DNA of 63,344 nucleotides, the filler included, from Collodictyon triciliatum (Eukaryota), in the NCBI GenBank assembly GCA_043381765.1. It is 7 parts of 7 records of this genome, joined end to end, with 100 filler letters (N's around TTAATTAATTAA, not from the genome) between each part and the next. Parts side by side here need not be neighbours in the genome. Positions count along the whole stretch, not along the records: positions 18,091 to 27,070 come from JBHJMP010003212.1; positions 27,171 to 36,144 come from JBHJMP010003213.1; positions 36,245 to 45,213 come from JBHJMP010003214.1; 4 more parts are not named here. One strand, 5' to 3'. Numbering within the stretch: position 1 is the stretch's first letter; each line of letters opens with the position of its first letter. The position numbers and the translations under genes were made by a program. Under the pieces are notes generated by a model. The model was not told the origin of the DNA. It saw only the letters and a list, made by a program, of their open reading frames with translations, and searched no databases. Below, piece after piece: positions 25,486 through 39,155 of this stretch.

Positions 25486-27070
25486 TTACATGCGGTCGAT
25501 GACGGCCTCGATGGTCTTGTACTTGAGAATCAGCTCGTAATTGCGGTTGACGTCGGTGAAGCCCATCGTGCAGAGAGTCTGAGCCTTTGCCCAAGCCTCT
25601 CTATTATAGTTCTGTATACAAATTCATTTCAGCAACAACAACACCAACTAGAGGAAGGAGAAATTAAAAATTATAATAAAATCCAAGGGAAAGTATGTAA
25701 GGGAAAATACACAATGAGGGTAGAAAACTCTATAGGGAAACTCACCGCAGGTATTTGAGGAGACGGTTGCTGGGCACGGGGCTGCGCGAAGGGAGCAGTG
25801 ACGTTCACTTTGAGCTCGAGACCTGCTCCAAAGAATTCGCCAGAGGGAGCCATCAAGCGGTAGAGGAGGGTGTAGGAGCCTGGAGTGCTGGGTGCGGTGA
25901 ATGAAACATTCACTTGCGTGGTGGCGCCAGGCTCTGCTCCGCTGATTGCAATCGTGTTGGGTGCAGCCTTCACCTCACTATCGTTCGTTCGCTTCAAATT
26001 AAGAGGCGTAGGCCAAGAAATAGTTCCTGTATTCCTGATTTCAAAGGATTGCTGATACGTCCCACCCGGAGCCACTCTCTCACTTCCCCCCAGAAGGTTT
26101 ATCGATGCATTCAAATTCTGCAGGCTATATATCATTTACAAGTTGCTCAAAATAAGCTAAATGATTGTAATATTCGCCTTATCTTATGCAAATAATTCAG
26201 ATGTGTAAGTGTACTGATTGGTCCAATCTGAAACCGAGGATGTTAATCCGATCAGTTAAAAGGTATTGATAAGACGTAATGGCAAAACTTACAATGGAAC
26301 ACTTGAGGCGGTATTCGATGCCATCGCGGGCTCATTCAAAGGTGAGAACATCGAAACATACCCAAACCCTTCTCGGGTGATGGCTTCTGTTGATGTAGAA
26401 GGAGGTAAAGTGTTTCTTGGAGTTGACATGGACGGGGATGCCGCAGGCTTTGCTTGAGGTGCATCAGTCGTAATGCTCACGCTGGCAACTGCACTCGACG
26501 AGTTGGAGGGAACAGCCCAGGAGGCCTGAAACACATTTTCCGCATCTGCACGCGCAACACATCTACTCCCTACTCTCACTGGGGTCACAATTGCATTGAA
26601 GGTGTGGCTTGGGTCATGGAAGCGATCAGTTCCTTGGACTTTCAGACAAGCTTCGCACAGGTCATAGTCCGGGCAAACAGCACATTTATGGCGGATGCCA
26701 ACAATGGGATAGCTCCCACAGTTATCACAGGTTACGCCATAATGAACTATGGAGATGGTCTGTGTCAGTCAGGTTAAATGATATGTGTGATACTAAGACG
26801 CTACGAGAATAAAGATATTGGGATGGAGTGGTTGTTATTTACCTTTCAGGGCCTCATTTGGTTCGTTATCGATTGCTTCCATCCTGCGGACAAACTATAT
26901 AGGGAAGGGAGATATGTGAGAATAGCTTGCACTAAGGCAACTATGAACCCAATAGAGGAAAGAAGAGGCATGAGAACGACATGTACCAGCTGAATGAGGC
27001 AGCGAATATTTTTGGTTAATTTTAGGAAAGGTATTCGCAGGGCGATAGAAAAGACCCACCTCAACAAGGG
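25486..27070 (-). CDS. NBR1-like selective autophagy receptor (ZZ zinc finger, FW domain, UBA); 5' truncated
   Basis: VHYGVTCDNCGSYPIVGIRHKCAVCPDYDLCEAC (ZZ); VAPGGTYQQSFEIRNTGTISWP..GEFFG (FW); LCTMGFTDVNRNYELILKYKTIEAVIDRM* (UBA). Confidence 0.85.
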
Positions 27071-27170
27071 NNNNNNNNNNNNNNNNNNNNNNNNNNNNNN
27101 NNNNNNNNNNNNNNTTAATTAATTAANNNNNNNNNNNNNNNNNNNNNNNNNNNNNNNNNNNNNNNNNNNN
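27071..27170. other. Artificial contig spacer
   Basis: N44-TTAATTAATTAA-N44. Confidence 0.98.
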
Positions 27171-27355
27171 GAAAAAGAGAGAGAAAAAGAGAGAGAAAAA
27201 GAGAGAGAAAAAGAGAGAGAAAAAGAGAGAGAAAAAGAGAGAGAAAAAGAGAGAGAAAAAGAGAGAAAAAGAGAGAGAAAAAGAGAGAGAAAAAGAGAGA
27301 GAAAAAGAATAAATAGAAATAAAATAATTTTGGTGAATATTATCTCTTATCATAC

Positions 27356-28836
27356 CATATGTATCATTCGGTAGGTCTATGCTGTGAATGAGCTTCAGAA
27401 ACCTCAAAACATCCAGATCACCTGTTCCTGCCATCACTACAGCCGCACAGCACGCGATTAAGGCCGATGTTGTTTGAAAAAAGAAAGCATCTTTAGGATG
27501 ACAACTCGTTCTCTTCGCTATATGGCGATGCACTGACGCATTTTCCAATAGTAGAGTGGACAACTTTTTGTCCCCACTATTGATAAAGTCATTTTTTTTT
27601 TAAAAAAAAAACGATGAACATATGCTTCAATTTTTTCCCTTTCTTTAAAAGATGGACGTTAAATCGTTATCGTTAGAAAAAAATCTGAATACTACTTGCC
27701 ATTACTTATACAATGATTCACGCTATAGAAATCAAGTTACCTCCCAGCATAACGAAGTGCCAAAGACAAACATGCGCCTGTAATTATGTATTGCTCAAAA
27801 AACTCGGCCCACTTTGGCATGTTTCCAGAAAAACACAAGGGGATATTTGATTCAATCCATTGCTTAGATGGCTCAATTCTACTCCACAGGACGATATTCG
27901 AGCAAAGTGTTCTTAATATAAACATGTATGGGCTCATTGGCTTCATCCCGAATTCTGAGTTGGGTACGCGCAACATTTGCGCAATACTCTCGTTGTCGGA
28001 TTTCAGATACATCAGACCGAGTGCACAGCAAGCACCTGGGCCAGTTCCATCGATGTAGATCAGGTCTGAATCAGTCATCAAAACAGAAGATGGCACATCA
28101 ACAAGACCGTCCGAGTCATAAGAAGCCTTAGATGGACATCGCCCACCTTTGATGAGCTCTAAAAGTCTTTTTTTAAAAAATTTTTTTTGTTAAGATTATG
28201 TATTAGGATTTGTTTGACGAGGATAATATAAAAGAGAATTAAATGTTAAATAAACATCCAATTTGCTGTGGTTTCAAGACAATCGTATTTAAAATTTTAC
28301 TTGAATATTATTTACCTATCATGTAGGTATTTATGACATCTAACCTTGTTTCAAGATGCAAATTCTGCAGGTTTCTAGGCCCGCCTGCACCTCCCAATGT
28401 AATGAGACCGAGAGCAAGTCCAGCACACAAAGAATGGCATTCTCGTTCAACTCTTTTGTCTCCACGAGGAACAAAGTTGATTTCTGTTTGTTTAAAATAG
28501 AATGCTCGTATAAACGCCCCATGAATCGCTAAACTATCGACTTTATACATATATATATATATATATACGTTGGCAGCTATTGCTAAAAAGAAAATAACTC
28601 GAAAGTATAAAAGAGCATATCAATGGCTTCTCTCTCACACACATTTTTTTTTTTAAAAAAAAAAAAACCGCCCACCCCGAAAATAATAGTGCAATAATTA
28701 CCCAGCAATGCGGTCTCAACCATTCGCTTATTATTCGATTCGGCATAGATTAGGCCGAGCCCAAACAAAGATGCAGACCGAACCAAAAACGGGACCTTTG
28801 TTGTTGGTTGTGTTAATTCCTCTATCGGTTATCAAA

Positions 28837-28935
<99 letters not shown>

Positions 28936-31900
28936 GTGGAAATCTAGAAAGAATACTAAAATTAAATTTGTAAAGAGCATGGAATTCAATTGAGAGTAAA
29001 TTCACATTTTGAAGACTAAAAAAAACCTCTAATTTTTCCGAAGTTATTGTTTGTAAAGACGGAATGTGAAGAGATAACAGCTTGATATAGTCATGATTAA
29101 GAACACCAATCGATGATGACGCCACTCCTTTACAGTTATCATATATTTTTAGTCATAGAATATTCATATTTATCAACATACTAGTGTAAAGTACATTTAA
29201 TTAGCATTTACGAAGTTTAGAAGAAAACGGCTCATATAACAATACCGAGCAAAACTCCAACGCCAATGGCTGAGTTTTTGAGATCCAGATATTTGAGCAA
29301 ATCTTGGTGGGTGAGCTTCAGTCTCTTTGTTAGGCCCAAGGAAAATATAAAGCCAGCATTGGTGACTCTGTGGTTCGTCACATTTGATGTTACATCCTGT
29401 TCCTGAACACCATCATTCTAAGATGACAATTATTAATATTAGTTTTCACTGATGTCATCATTTATATATATATTAATACTAATAAATAAATGATGACAAC
29501 TGAAAAAAAAAAATGGGGGGCAAATCTGCCTCTAAGTATCCACAACATAAACTATGCTCTTGATTCCGAAGAAACCATTTCAATTTTAATTTCATGACGA
29601 GATCATTCGAATATGCTTGATTTTGGTCCAAAAACACTCATCAAACATAAGGTCCGTCTTTTACTGATATTAAAATATTGCTTTTATCAACAAGTCATAG
29701 GAAGTCACCATTTGCAATATTATCCACGAGCGGTCTATCTTACGAAGTCTGGGGTCCAATCTTAATCCAGTGGCAACTCCATTATGGAAATCAGCCCATG
29801 TTCGGGCAACGCCTACAATTAATTGTAATGAGTGTGTGAATGATTTTCATAGCCCTATATACACTGGTTTCATTTCTTGATAAAAATTCAATATTCCAAA
29901 GTTACTTACCAAGTCCTGGATGTTGAACCTCATGCACTCCAGGTTGATGAGGAAACTTCCCTGCTGTACGAATAGGCGGTGACTTTAAAAGTTGTCGGTT
30001 CATGGGGCGAGTACTCTGAAGGGTAAACATTCCCCTTGAAGGTAGAGTAATTATTCAATAATTAATATTTTTGTGTATAACAAATCACTAAAATGTTATT
30101 TTAAATATAGTGCTAATTTATTTATTTGTTTATTCTCTTTCAAGTCACGATAAAAACTTCACGAAGCAGCATTTATTCAAAATAAAACTTAAAGAATTTT
30201 TTTTTTTAAAAAAAAAAAAACCTTCCGATGCAGCTGGCTAAAGATCTCCTTGAGTAGAGGACCAGAGAATCGTGCTTTTTTTGGGTGTCTGGTGGCTCCG
30301 TTTCGATGTATATATCCGGTCTGATGATAAAAGGTATTGAACACCTGTTTATATTATGATTCAGTGATAAGATAAATATTCCTTGGTGGAGATGCTGTAA
30401 TTTTCAACGTGACAAAATTAAGTGAAACCTCCCGACTATACGCGCTCATTATTTTAGTTTTGGATAAGCATAAATTTTCCATCACACATATGTCATATTC
30501 GAAATATTACTGAATCATCTTGGATACTTCAAGCAGTCGCTGGTCGTCACTAAATCGCATGATGCAAGCCGGATTCTCAAGCTCTGTTCCAGGTATTGTA
30601 GGTGAATTGGGAAAGCTGGATTCTGAAAGGTATATATTCTCTGCGGTGATCGTCGGATTCAGCTGTTGCGATAAATCTTTACGGCCAATTATTCGACACA
30701 CATCAGAGTCCCACGACAAATCAGCAGATTTTCTATATGATGGGGGAATGAGATACTAGAACTTTCTTCTTTCTCTAAGAAAAAAAAAATCAACCTTCAA
30801 TATATAATTATCCATCCTCTGCATTTATAAACATTTGATGCAAATAGTTTACAAAAGAATATCTAACTAGTAACCTGCAATCAATTATTGTCTGGAGAAG
30901 CGGTAGTTGCATGCCAAAAGGAATGGTTTCTAGTTCAACACTGGAGATTCCCAACATAGACATACATTTCAAAAGGGCTACTGGAGAGGAAACCTCAATC
31001 CTAAGGTCGTATTCACACATTTTTTTAATAAACGACAATCAATACATTATTTACAAAAATTTATGTAAAGAAGTAAAGTAAATAAATTCTATCGAGCGCG
31101 TTCGAAAACAAACCCTGCTACTTTGAGTTCAGGCTTGAGGTTAGATGTTCTCTTTAAAATCGGCACAAAATTTTGAGAACCAGGAATAAGATGAGGGCTC
31201 ATTCTTTTCCTCTTCAACATTATTCGAGACTGAATACCACACTTTACTTTTAAGGGAAAATTATGGGCCTTTTTTTGATAATAAAAGTGGTAAAATAAAT
31301 ATGTTGTGATAAAATAATCCATAATCGCTTTGTAATTTTATTAAGTAATAAGTATTGGGTTAAATTTGAGAAAAAACATATGTTCAATTTACTTCGCATT
31401 TTAGAAAGTTGGACTTGAATAGGGCTATTAGTTGATTGATTCGAAGAAAGTTATCCAGTATCTTCATTTTTTTTTTGTAGTAATTAAGTAGGGAGATTAA
31501 TTTAATTTCAAAAAAATTATCAGAAATTCCAGCTATATTTGATGTCTGTGAATATATTTTTCGTACAAGTTATGCAACTTAATACATACTGGGTTGTCCA
31601 TATTTGTGGTGCCAGATATGATTGACAGCAAGTGTCTTTTGAACTTGAATGGCTTATCGGTGATAGAAGTCTAGAGAATCACATAATATGGTGTTGTGTT
31701 AATAAATTACCATTACCATTATTATTATTGAAAAGAGTACTCGATGAATATTTACAAGTTCTTGGTCATCTTCCTGAAATGTGTCAATGTCGTTCAGTGG
31801 CAGGTTCTTTGGAAAGTCGCTAATTTTTTTCCAGAAAAAATAATATAACTTTATTTTTGGTTTTATCGGATCAAATTTCTTACGATAAACAATTGGAATA

Positions 31901-34900
31901 TTAGGAAGTTTGCTTAAAAGAATAGATAGATGAGTATCTCATACCAGCAGTATATATTGAAATGCTCTGGAAGTCTAAAGTATTTCGAAATTGCGCAGAG
32001 TAAATCCGATAAAACTTCAGCCTCATTAATCGTGGTATTATTTAATTTGAGATCTTCATACAGAACATGTAAATGTTGAAATATTTCCGACATTTTAGGT
32101 CTGAATATGTTTTTCAGTTTAACAACGAGGCGTTGTTCAGGGGCATCTTTTTTATTTATTTATTTAGAGAAAAAGAGTTTTTTTGTTTAATTACAAAATT
32201 TTATCACCTTTAGACATCTTACACGATAGCAAGATGGGAAAGAACCAATATGTGTATCGAAATGTATTTGATTAAACATAGTTGTTGCATCAACATACCG
32301 CTTTTGAAACGAAACTTTCGCAACATCTTTGTATCAAAGAAGGATGGATAATCATTGAAAGTAGATGTAGCCGCAGATATATCCCTTAATGTTTATTGTT
32401 ATTGAAAAAATTAAAAGATTGATTAACATGGCTTTAGAGATAATCGCTTACATGGCCAAATCTTATAAATTACTATAATGATTAACATAAACCAAAATAC
32501 AATGAAACATTTATGAAGAAATAATTACAACTCGTTCGATAATGATTGCTTGAGAATATCAAATAAACAGTCGATTTTTGGTGAATATTGAAAGGTTTCG
32601 TTGAATCGTATTCCAATGAGACACCTGTACATGAATGGGAAAAAAATAGCTTCATCAAAATAAATCCAATCACAACGCCAAGCCACGCCTTTATTAAGCA
32701 GGTTGACTAAACGGCTTGTTTAAAATAATCAAACAGAGATCTGTAGAAAAATAATGCAATATTTACTGTAGAATCTCTGTCTTTAGGTTATTGGGAAATA
32801 GTCTGAATATTAATTGTGTGCAGGCGAGAAGAAGAGTATCATGAATTTTGAGCGAGAGCGTCGCTCTTATCTCTTCATCTTCCGATTTTAAAGTGAAGGA
32901 CTCATAAATTGGATCTTTCAATATGATATTGCTAATAAAATATACAGTGGATCAATCAATTAAATAGTTGATTATATGCACTTGTGAATAAAAACTTGTG
33001 ATTAAAAACATGTGATACCCCTTTAGTAGCTCCTCTGGTATGAGAACATCAGCCACATTACAACCATCGATGTAAAGACATAAATATGGAGAATTCTGGT
33101 GAAGCACGAGTACATCGTATATATCTGGTAATTTGGTACTTCAATCAAAATCATTATTGATATATGTATGTAATAAGTTAGCTATTATCCTTCAAATATA
33201 CAAGAGTCAAACATTCTCCATCATAATCGGCGTGTGGATGTCTGGATGAGGATATAGGTATAGCCGAAACCACGTCAGCGATGACAAATTTTTGTTTGAA
33301 CCCCCTATTTTCCGCCATCCCAAGACATGATAATGTTGCACCACCCTGGATGTTTTTTTATTTGTATTAGTATTGTGCATAGAAATTTTGGTGAAAATAA
33401 CTACACACCCATTAGAATATCGAGTAAATAAAAATATGATGGCTAAGACAGCTATGTGTTACCGCATTAGATGTTTTTGTTATAATGTAGATATCTGCAT
33501 TTTCATCCCAGTCATGTGCCTGGAACATGTCACACGCCGGCACTAATCGAATATAGTTAGTTCATTAACTACTATGAAAACTGATCGTGCGTATGTTTCA
33601 TAATACAGAATATAAACACCTTGGCATGAGACATGGTCTTGATAGATCTTCTGCAATACGAAGGGAGTTTCTTCGCTAATAAGAGACTATTGAAAAAATC
33701 ATGCATATTTGAGTATCATTTCATATATTGTATATTAATTAAAAAAAAGTATTAATACATCAAAAAATTGAGTTGAAGTCGCTGTATATACATTAGTATC
33801 TTTTTCAATTGCCAAAATTCTCCATAAAGAATGCCTATAAAATTGTTTTAGCTATTAGCTTTCGGTGCATAACTTGATGTAAAATTTTTGATGGGAGGTG
33901 CAGGAGGTATTTTTACCTCTTCAAATTTCTAATTCTATTTCTTTTATGTTTATGTTTTATTTTTAGTTATATATTTAGTTTTAGTTATATTTATATATAT
34001 TTAGTTTTTGTTCATGTTTCTTGCACATGATTCAAACCTCAGAGTTTTAAAGTCGTGCATTAGAATGATGCAGCCATCAGCTTTACATATACTCTCGGAG
34101 GGATTCGGAGTTGAAAAATTTGTGGTGTCGGTCTCAAGATCGCTGCTAATCTCGTTTGGCTGTGGTTTGTTTGTTAAACGCAGAAAATAAAATCGATGAG
34201 AATAAATGAGCACGATCTTGCCTCAAATTATATAACAAAACTTACACAAAGGTCATCAACGACAAACATAGGATGAAATGAGTCCAGTGGACTTGGCAAA
34301 AAGTATAAATGAGACACGTATGCTGCGGAGAGCACTGAATGAATCTTTTTTTTAGAAAAAAATATTGGGGTTTGCAAAGTATTATTATTAGAAGGGGCTA
34401 AAAACGAGCAAAAGTTCATGATTATTATCTCATCTTCTCTATTTATTTCAACAAAACCTTCGGGAGAATCGGAAACATCTGCCTCAAAAATTATGCCGCC
34501 ATCCACAGCCCATCCACTCTTTACGTCAAATGGTATAGGTACATGAAACTCTGCGCCAGTTTTCAAATATGCGCTAAGTTTGTTCGTGGAAATGACGCAT
34601 AAGGCTGATGTTGGTATTTCTGCCGATTGAATGAAGATTAAGTCAAAATTTAGCACTTGGGTTATAATATATTGATGTATTCATAAGGTCGATGTAAAAT
34701 CGGGCTTTATCGTGACTCTTTTTTTTTTTTTTTTGTTACAAGTGCTTAAATTTTGATAATTACACATGACGGTAAGAAGGATTATCACCAAAATACATTT
34801 GCAGTCTTCTCTTTCTTTTCCCTTTTTTCCAAAAAAAGAAAAAGAAAAAAAGGGTAATACTAGATAATCAAGGCTTCGATGAAATAGCTGGAGGGATTAT

Positions 34901-35596
34901 TCTCATTAAACCAATGAAAAAATACCGGGCATTTTCATATCCATGATTTTGATATCATCTTCTCTCTTCAGTCGAACACTTTCTTCGTTTTCGCGTATGG
35001 CTAAATTTGTTTGCCTGCCCGCGAATAGAATGATATTTTGGTATTCTCCTCGAAAACTGTGCTCTGGACTGATGATAGACTGAAAATCGACAAATAGGAC
35101 ATCCAGAACATCCGCCTCGTGATCAATTGAAAGCACTAGGTCATCCCCTTTCATCCACGCAACTTTGGTCCCATGAAAATGGATTGTGTTTTCTGATCCG
35201 TCAGGCGCCAGCAAATGCCTGTTCCTTCTTGGTTTGGCTCCTGGCTCATCTGGATAGCTTGATTCAATTTTCAATTACTTTACAACATAATTTATATATA
35301 TATATCTATTTACTTTGTTATTGGCTTATTTATTGGCTTATGTATTAGCTCATTTGTTCCTTTATTTCCTTATGGGAGTTCCTTGTCCAAAAAAAAAAAA
35401 TAACTCAAGGGACTTCAAGTTATGCCCGCTTATTCGAGCGCCATGGGCATATTTATCTTTGTAGTAAATATATAAATGAGATGACTGGTTAAATGTTTCT
35501 TTACTCGAAAAATAAGAGGGCTGGGTCGGCAAATGGGCTACTGATCTTCGTCACGCTCGTCAGAGGAATCGCCTCTGCGATTCTTGAGTGCTCCAT
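27356..35596 (-). CDS. ANAPC1: Anaphase-promoting complex subunit 1 (many exons; 3' truncated; start tentative)
   Basis: RFSDDQRLLEV, GMFTLQS, WADFHNGVATGL, LLSLHIPSL, GLGLIYAESNNKRMVE, SLCAGLALGLITLG, PGACCALGLMYLKS, GACLSLALRYAG, VVMAGTGDLDVLR (PC-repeat region). Confidence 0.9.
29453..29498. mobile_element. Tiny palindromic TG..CA element with 5-bp TSD (ACTGA) in an APC1 intron
   Basis: ACTGA|TGTCATCATTTA...TAAATGATGACA|ACTGA; second copy at 63028-63069. Confidence 0.65.
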
Positions 35597-35644
35597 TCGC
35601 TCTATGCGGTTGGCCATAAGCGTCCTTTCCCTCCTTTAATTATC

Positions 35645-36144
35645 CTTTCTTTTTTTTCTTTTTCTTTTCCTTTTCCTTTTCTTTTTCCTTTTCCTTTTCT
35701 TTTTTTCTTTTCTTTTTTTGTTTTTTTGTTTTTTTGTTTTTTTGTTTTTTTGTTTTTTCTTTTCTTTCTTTTTCTTTTCTTTCTTTTTTCTTTTTTCTTT
35801 TTTCTTTTCTTTTTCTTTCTTTTTCTTTTCTTTCTTTTTCTTTTTCTTTTTCTTTTCCTTCTTTTTTCTTTTTCCTTTTCCTTTTTTGTTTTTCCTTTTC
35901 TTTTTTCTTTTTAATTCTTTTTCTTTTTTCTTTTTCATTTCTTTTTTGTTTTTGTTTTTTGTTTTTGTTTTTTCTTTTTCTTTTTGTTTTTTCTTTTTCT
36001 TTTTCCTTTTTCTTTTTCTTTTTCATTTCTTTTTTGTTTTTGTTTTTGTTTTTCTTTTTTCTTTTTTCTTTTTTCTTTTTTCTTTTTTCTTTTTTCTTTT
36101 TTCTTTTTTCTTTTTTCTTTTTTCTTTTTTCTTTTTTCTTTTTT
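35645..36144. repeat. Polypyrimidine simple repeats at contig end
   Basis: (TTTTTC)n and (TTTTTG)n. Confidence 0.9.
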
Positions 36145-36244
36145 NNNNNNNNNNNNNNNNNNNNNNNNNNNNNNNNNNNNNNNNNNNNTTAATTAATTAA
36201 NNNNNNNNNNNNNNNNNNNNNNNNNNNNNNNNNNNNNNNNNNNN
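36145..36244. other. Artificial contig spacer
   Basis: N44-TTAATTAATTAA-N44. Confidence 0.98.
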
Positions 36245-36381
36245 CTATTACTTTTACTATTACTATTACTATTACTATTACTATTACTATTACTATTACT
36301 ATTACTATTACTATTACTATTACTATTACTATTACTATTATCACTTTCACAACGCAACTTTTTGAATAGAAACTCCGGGCT

Positions 36382-38455
36382 ATGGACGACTTACGAAGCG
36401 CCATTTATGACTCGCTCCTGCTGGCTGGATTCACATTTGAGGTTGCTGCAAGAGTTGTAGAGCTGGAGACTGTGACAAACTTAGATAGTGCAATTGAAGA
36501 GGCATTTGCTACATTTTATTTTCGCATTTATCCTAGTTCTCTCTTTTTATATATACCATACACTTTCTCATATACATGATGTCCTGCAACCGAGTTTTCT
36601 AAATTATACATTCATCATTTTTTCTACTAGTGCGAACGAATGCAGGAGCGACTTAAGAGTCTGGAACGTCAAGAATCCTCACAGAGTATTATTGCCTCTC
36701 TCAGAGCCATTACCCTGGAAAGAGCGGACAGCTTGTCGGGTAAAAAAATGCGCCCGGTTCTGCTCCGCCGCTCTTCGTCAAAGATGTCTGGTCATTTTTT
36801 GATTTCAAGGGAGCGACCGGTATTGCAAACAAGAATGTTGATGTAATCCCTGTCCATTTCTTTACTATTTGTTCCTTTGTTCCTTTGTTCCTTTGTTCCT
36901 TTGTTCCTTTGTTCCTTTGTTCCTTTGTTCCTTTGTTCCTTTGTTCCTTTGCTATCCGTCTTTTGTGCGATAATACAAATCTCATATCAATAATCCTGGA
37001 TATTGTAGATGCGAGGTGACAGTTTTGTTGGAAGTGATGTAAGTGGCTTGCTCAAGAGAAAGAATGCGCATTCTTCATCCATATCGATTTTCAGTATATT
37101 TGCGTTCCAATTTCGTATTCATATTGCTATGTGCGTGTAGAACTTAAAGTAAATGTGGTGTTTTCATTCGTATTTGTAAATTAAGATAGGAAGTGTGAGG
37201 ACTCAGGACAATCCTGTCGAATTCGGAAGTTTTGAATACTCTGATGATTCTGCAGTTGTTGATGTTTTTACAAATGCTCTATTCAGTGAGCTGGGTGCTA
37301 CTCATATGTCCAAGGTACATGTCATACGTTTCGTGCTCTTGCATTTTTAACGAGAATAGAAGAGAAGAGAACGTATATATCATTATTTGTGTTATTTAGT
37401 ATTGTGTCAAAAATCATTATATTTTAGCCTTCAAAAGATGGGAGCTACTTCAATGTAACTCCCTTCGCTCTATACCATGTCATCAAGGAACAGGTTTTTT
37501 TTTTTTATAAAATATAAAAAAGAATATGTCTTCAGACTTTCTCATATCTGAATATTTACCTTTGCACACTTAGATGGAACAAATTACTGTTCCGTTCTCT
37601 TTGACATTGGCCCAAGGTATGCACATATTCAAGTGCTGTGAATGGGACATCGAGCTGGTCAAAAAGAAATGCACCGACGATCTGGCGTCTATTTTGGACA
37701 TGTAGACATCTTTTTAATTTTTGCAGTTGGCTCCTAATGGATTTATTGTTATGATTTTATTGCGCTATATACTCTTGCATTGAGATGGCGAACAATTTTC
37801 ATTTTATAGTGCGGGAATGTCAGGGGAAATGCATGCAAATTTAGAAGCTGACGAAAATGTAATATATTACATCTTGTTGTTGTGCGCATAGGGATCATTT
37901 GCTTTTAAGTGATAAACTATTGACTGAAATACTGATTTTTAGGGAGAGTTTATGTGCATAATTTGCATGTGTCCGTATCCAAGAGAGGAAATTTGCACCT
38001 TGGAATGTGGTCACATGTAAGTAGCGATTATTAGCTCATCCCTTTGTGATGAATAAAGCTGTCTTTACTATATATTTTTACCTATGATTCAATCATAAAA
38101 AAAATCTTAGAAGACATTCGTATTGAGATATATACATAAATTCCGTTAGCTCCTGCAATTATTGCTGGAAGATGCATATTGAAACCATCGTCAAGGAATT
38201 GAAGTGTGAAATATGGTGTCCGGCTGAGAATGTAACTATACATAGCCTGTAGCTCAATAGCAAATCATCATATTGTATCATGCATCATATCGTTGTGCTG
38301 TCATATTTTATCGTTCTTGGTGGCACAGCTCAATTAAATGACATAGTGTGCCTTGGAGGCAAAAGAGGCCATGATACGCAGGATTGTTGATGACGTTGTA
38401 TTTGAGGTTTAAATAATTATCATATCATACTGCTATTATTTTTAAAGAAATGGGC

Positions 38456-38504
<49 letters not shown>

Positions 38505-39077
38505 ATTTTTTTTTTTTTTTTTTTTTTTTTGGTTTTTTTTAATTGATGAGGAATAGTTTGGTTTATTCAATTTGTCAACTGGTCATTTCAGAAATACATG
38601 ATTGCGTTTATGCGTCAGATAGTGCGCGACCACCCATACATCAAATGGTATGAAAAAGTTGATTATAATAATATAAAAACAATGATAAGAATAAGAATAA
38701 TAATAATGCATTACAAATCATCCAATTTAGGTGTGGTGGTATAGCCTGTGATAAAGCCATCGTATCGGATGGGGATGGTGTCGCCAAATGCGATTGTGGG
38801 TTTGAGATGTGGTGAGATTTGTATTTTTTTTTATAAGACAACTAGGATTCCTTTTTTAATTCATTAGAAATTTTAAAATGATATTAAAAAAAAAACTATT
38901 TTGCATCAGTTTCAAATGCGGCAGACCAAATCACTTGCCTTGCAATTGTGAAATGACACAAAAGTGGATATCTAGGGATCAGGACCAAGACGAGTCACTA
39001 AAATGGATATCCTTTTCTCCCAAACACAATTGAATTTTCATCCCTTTATTCCTTTCTTTTTTAATATCATAAGTATC

Positions 39078-39155
<78 letters not shown>

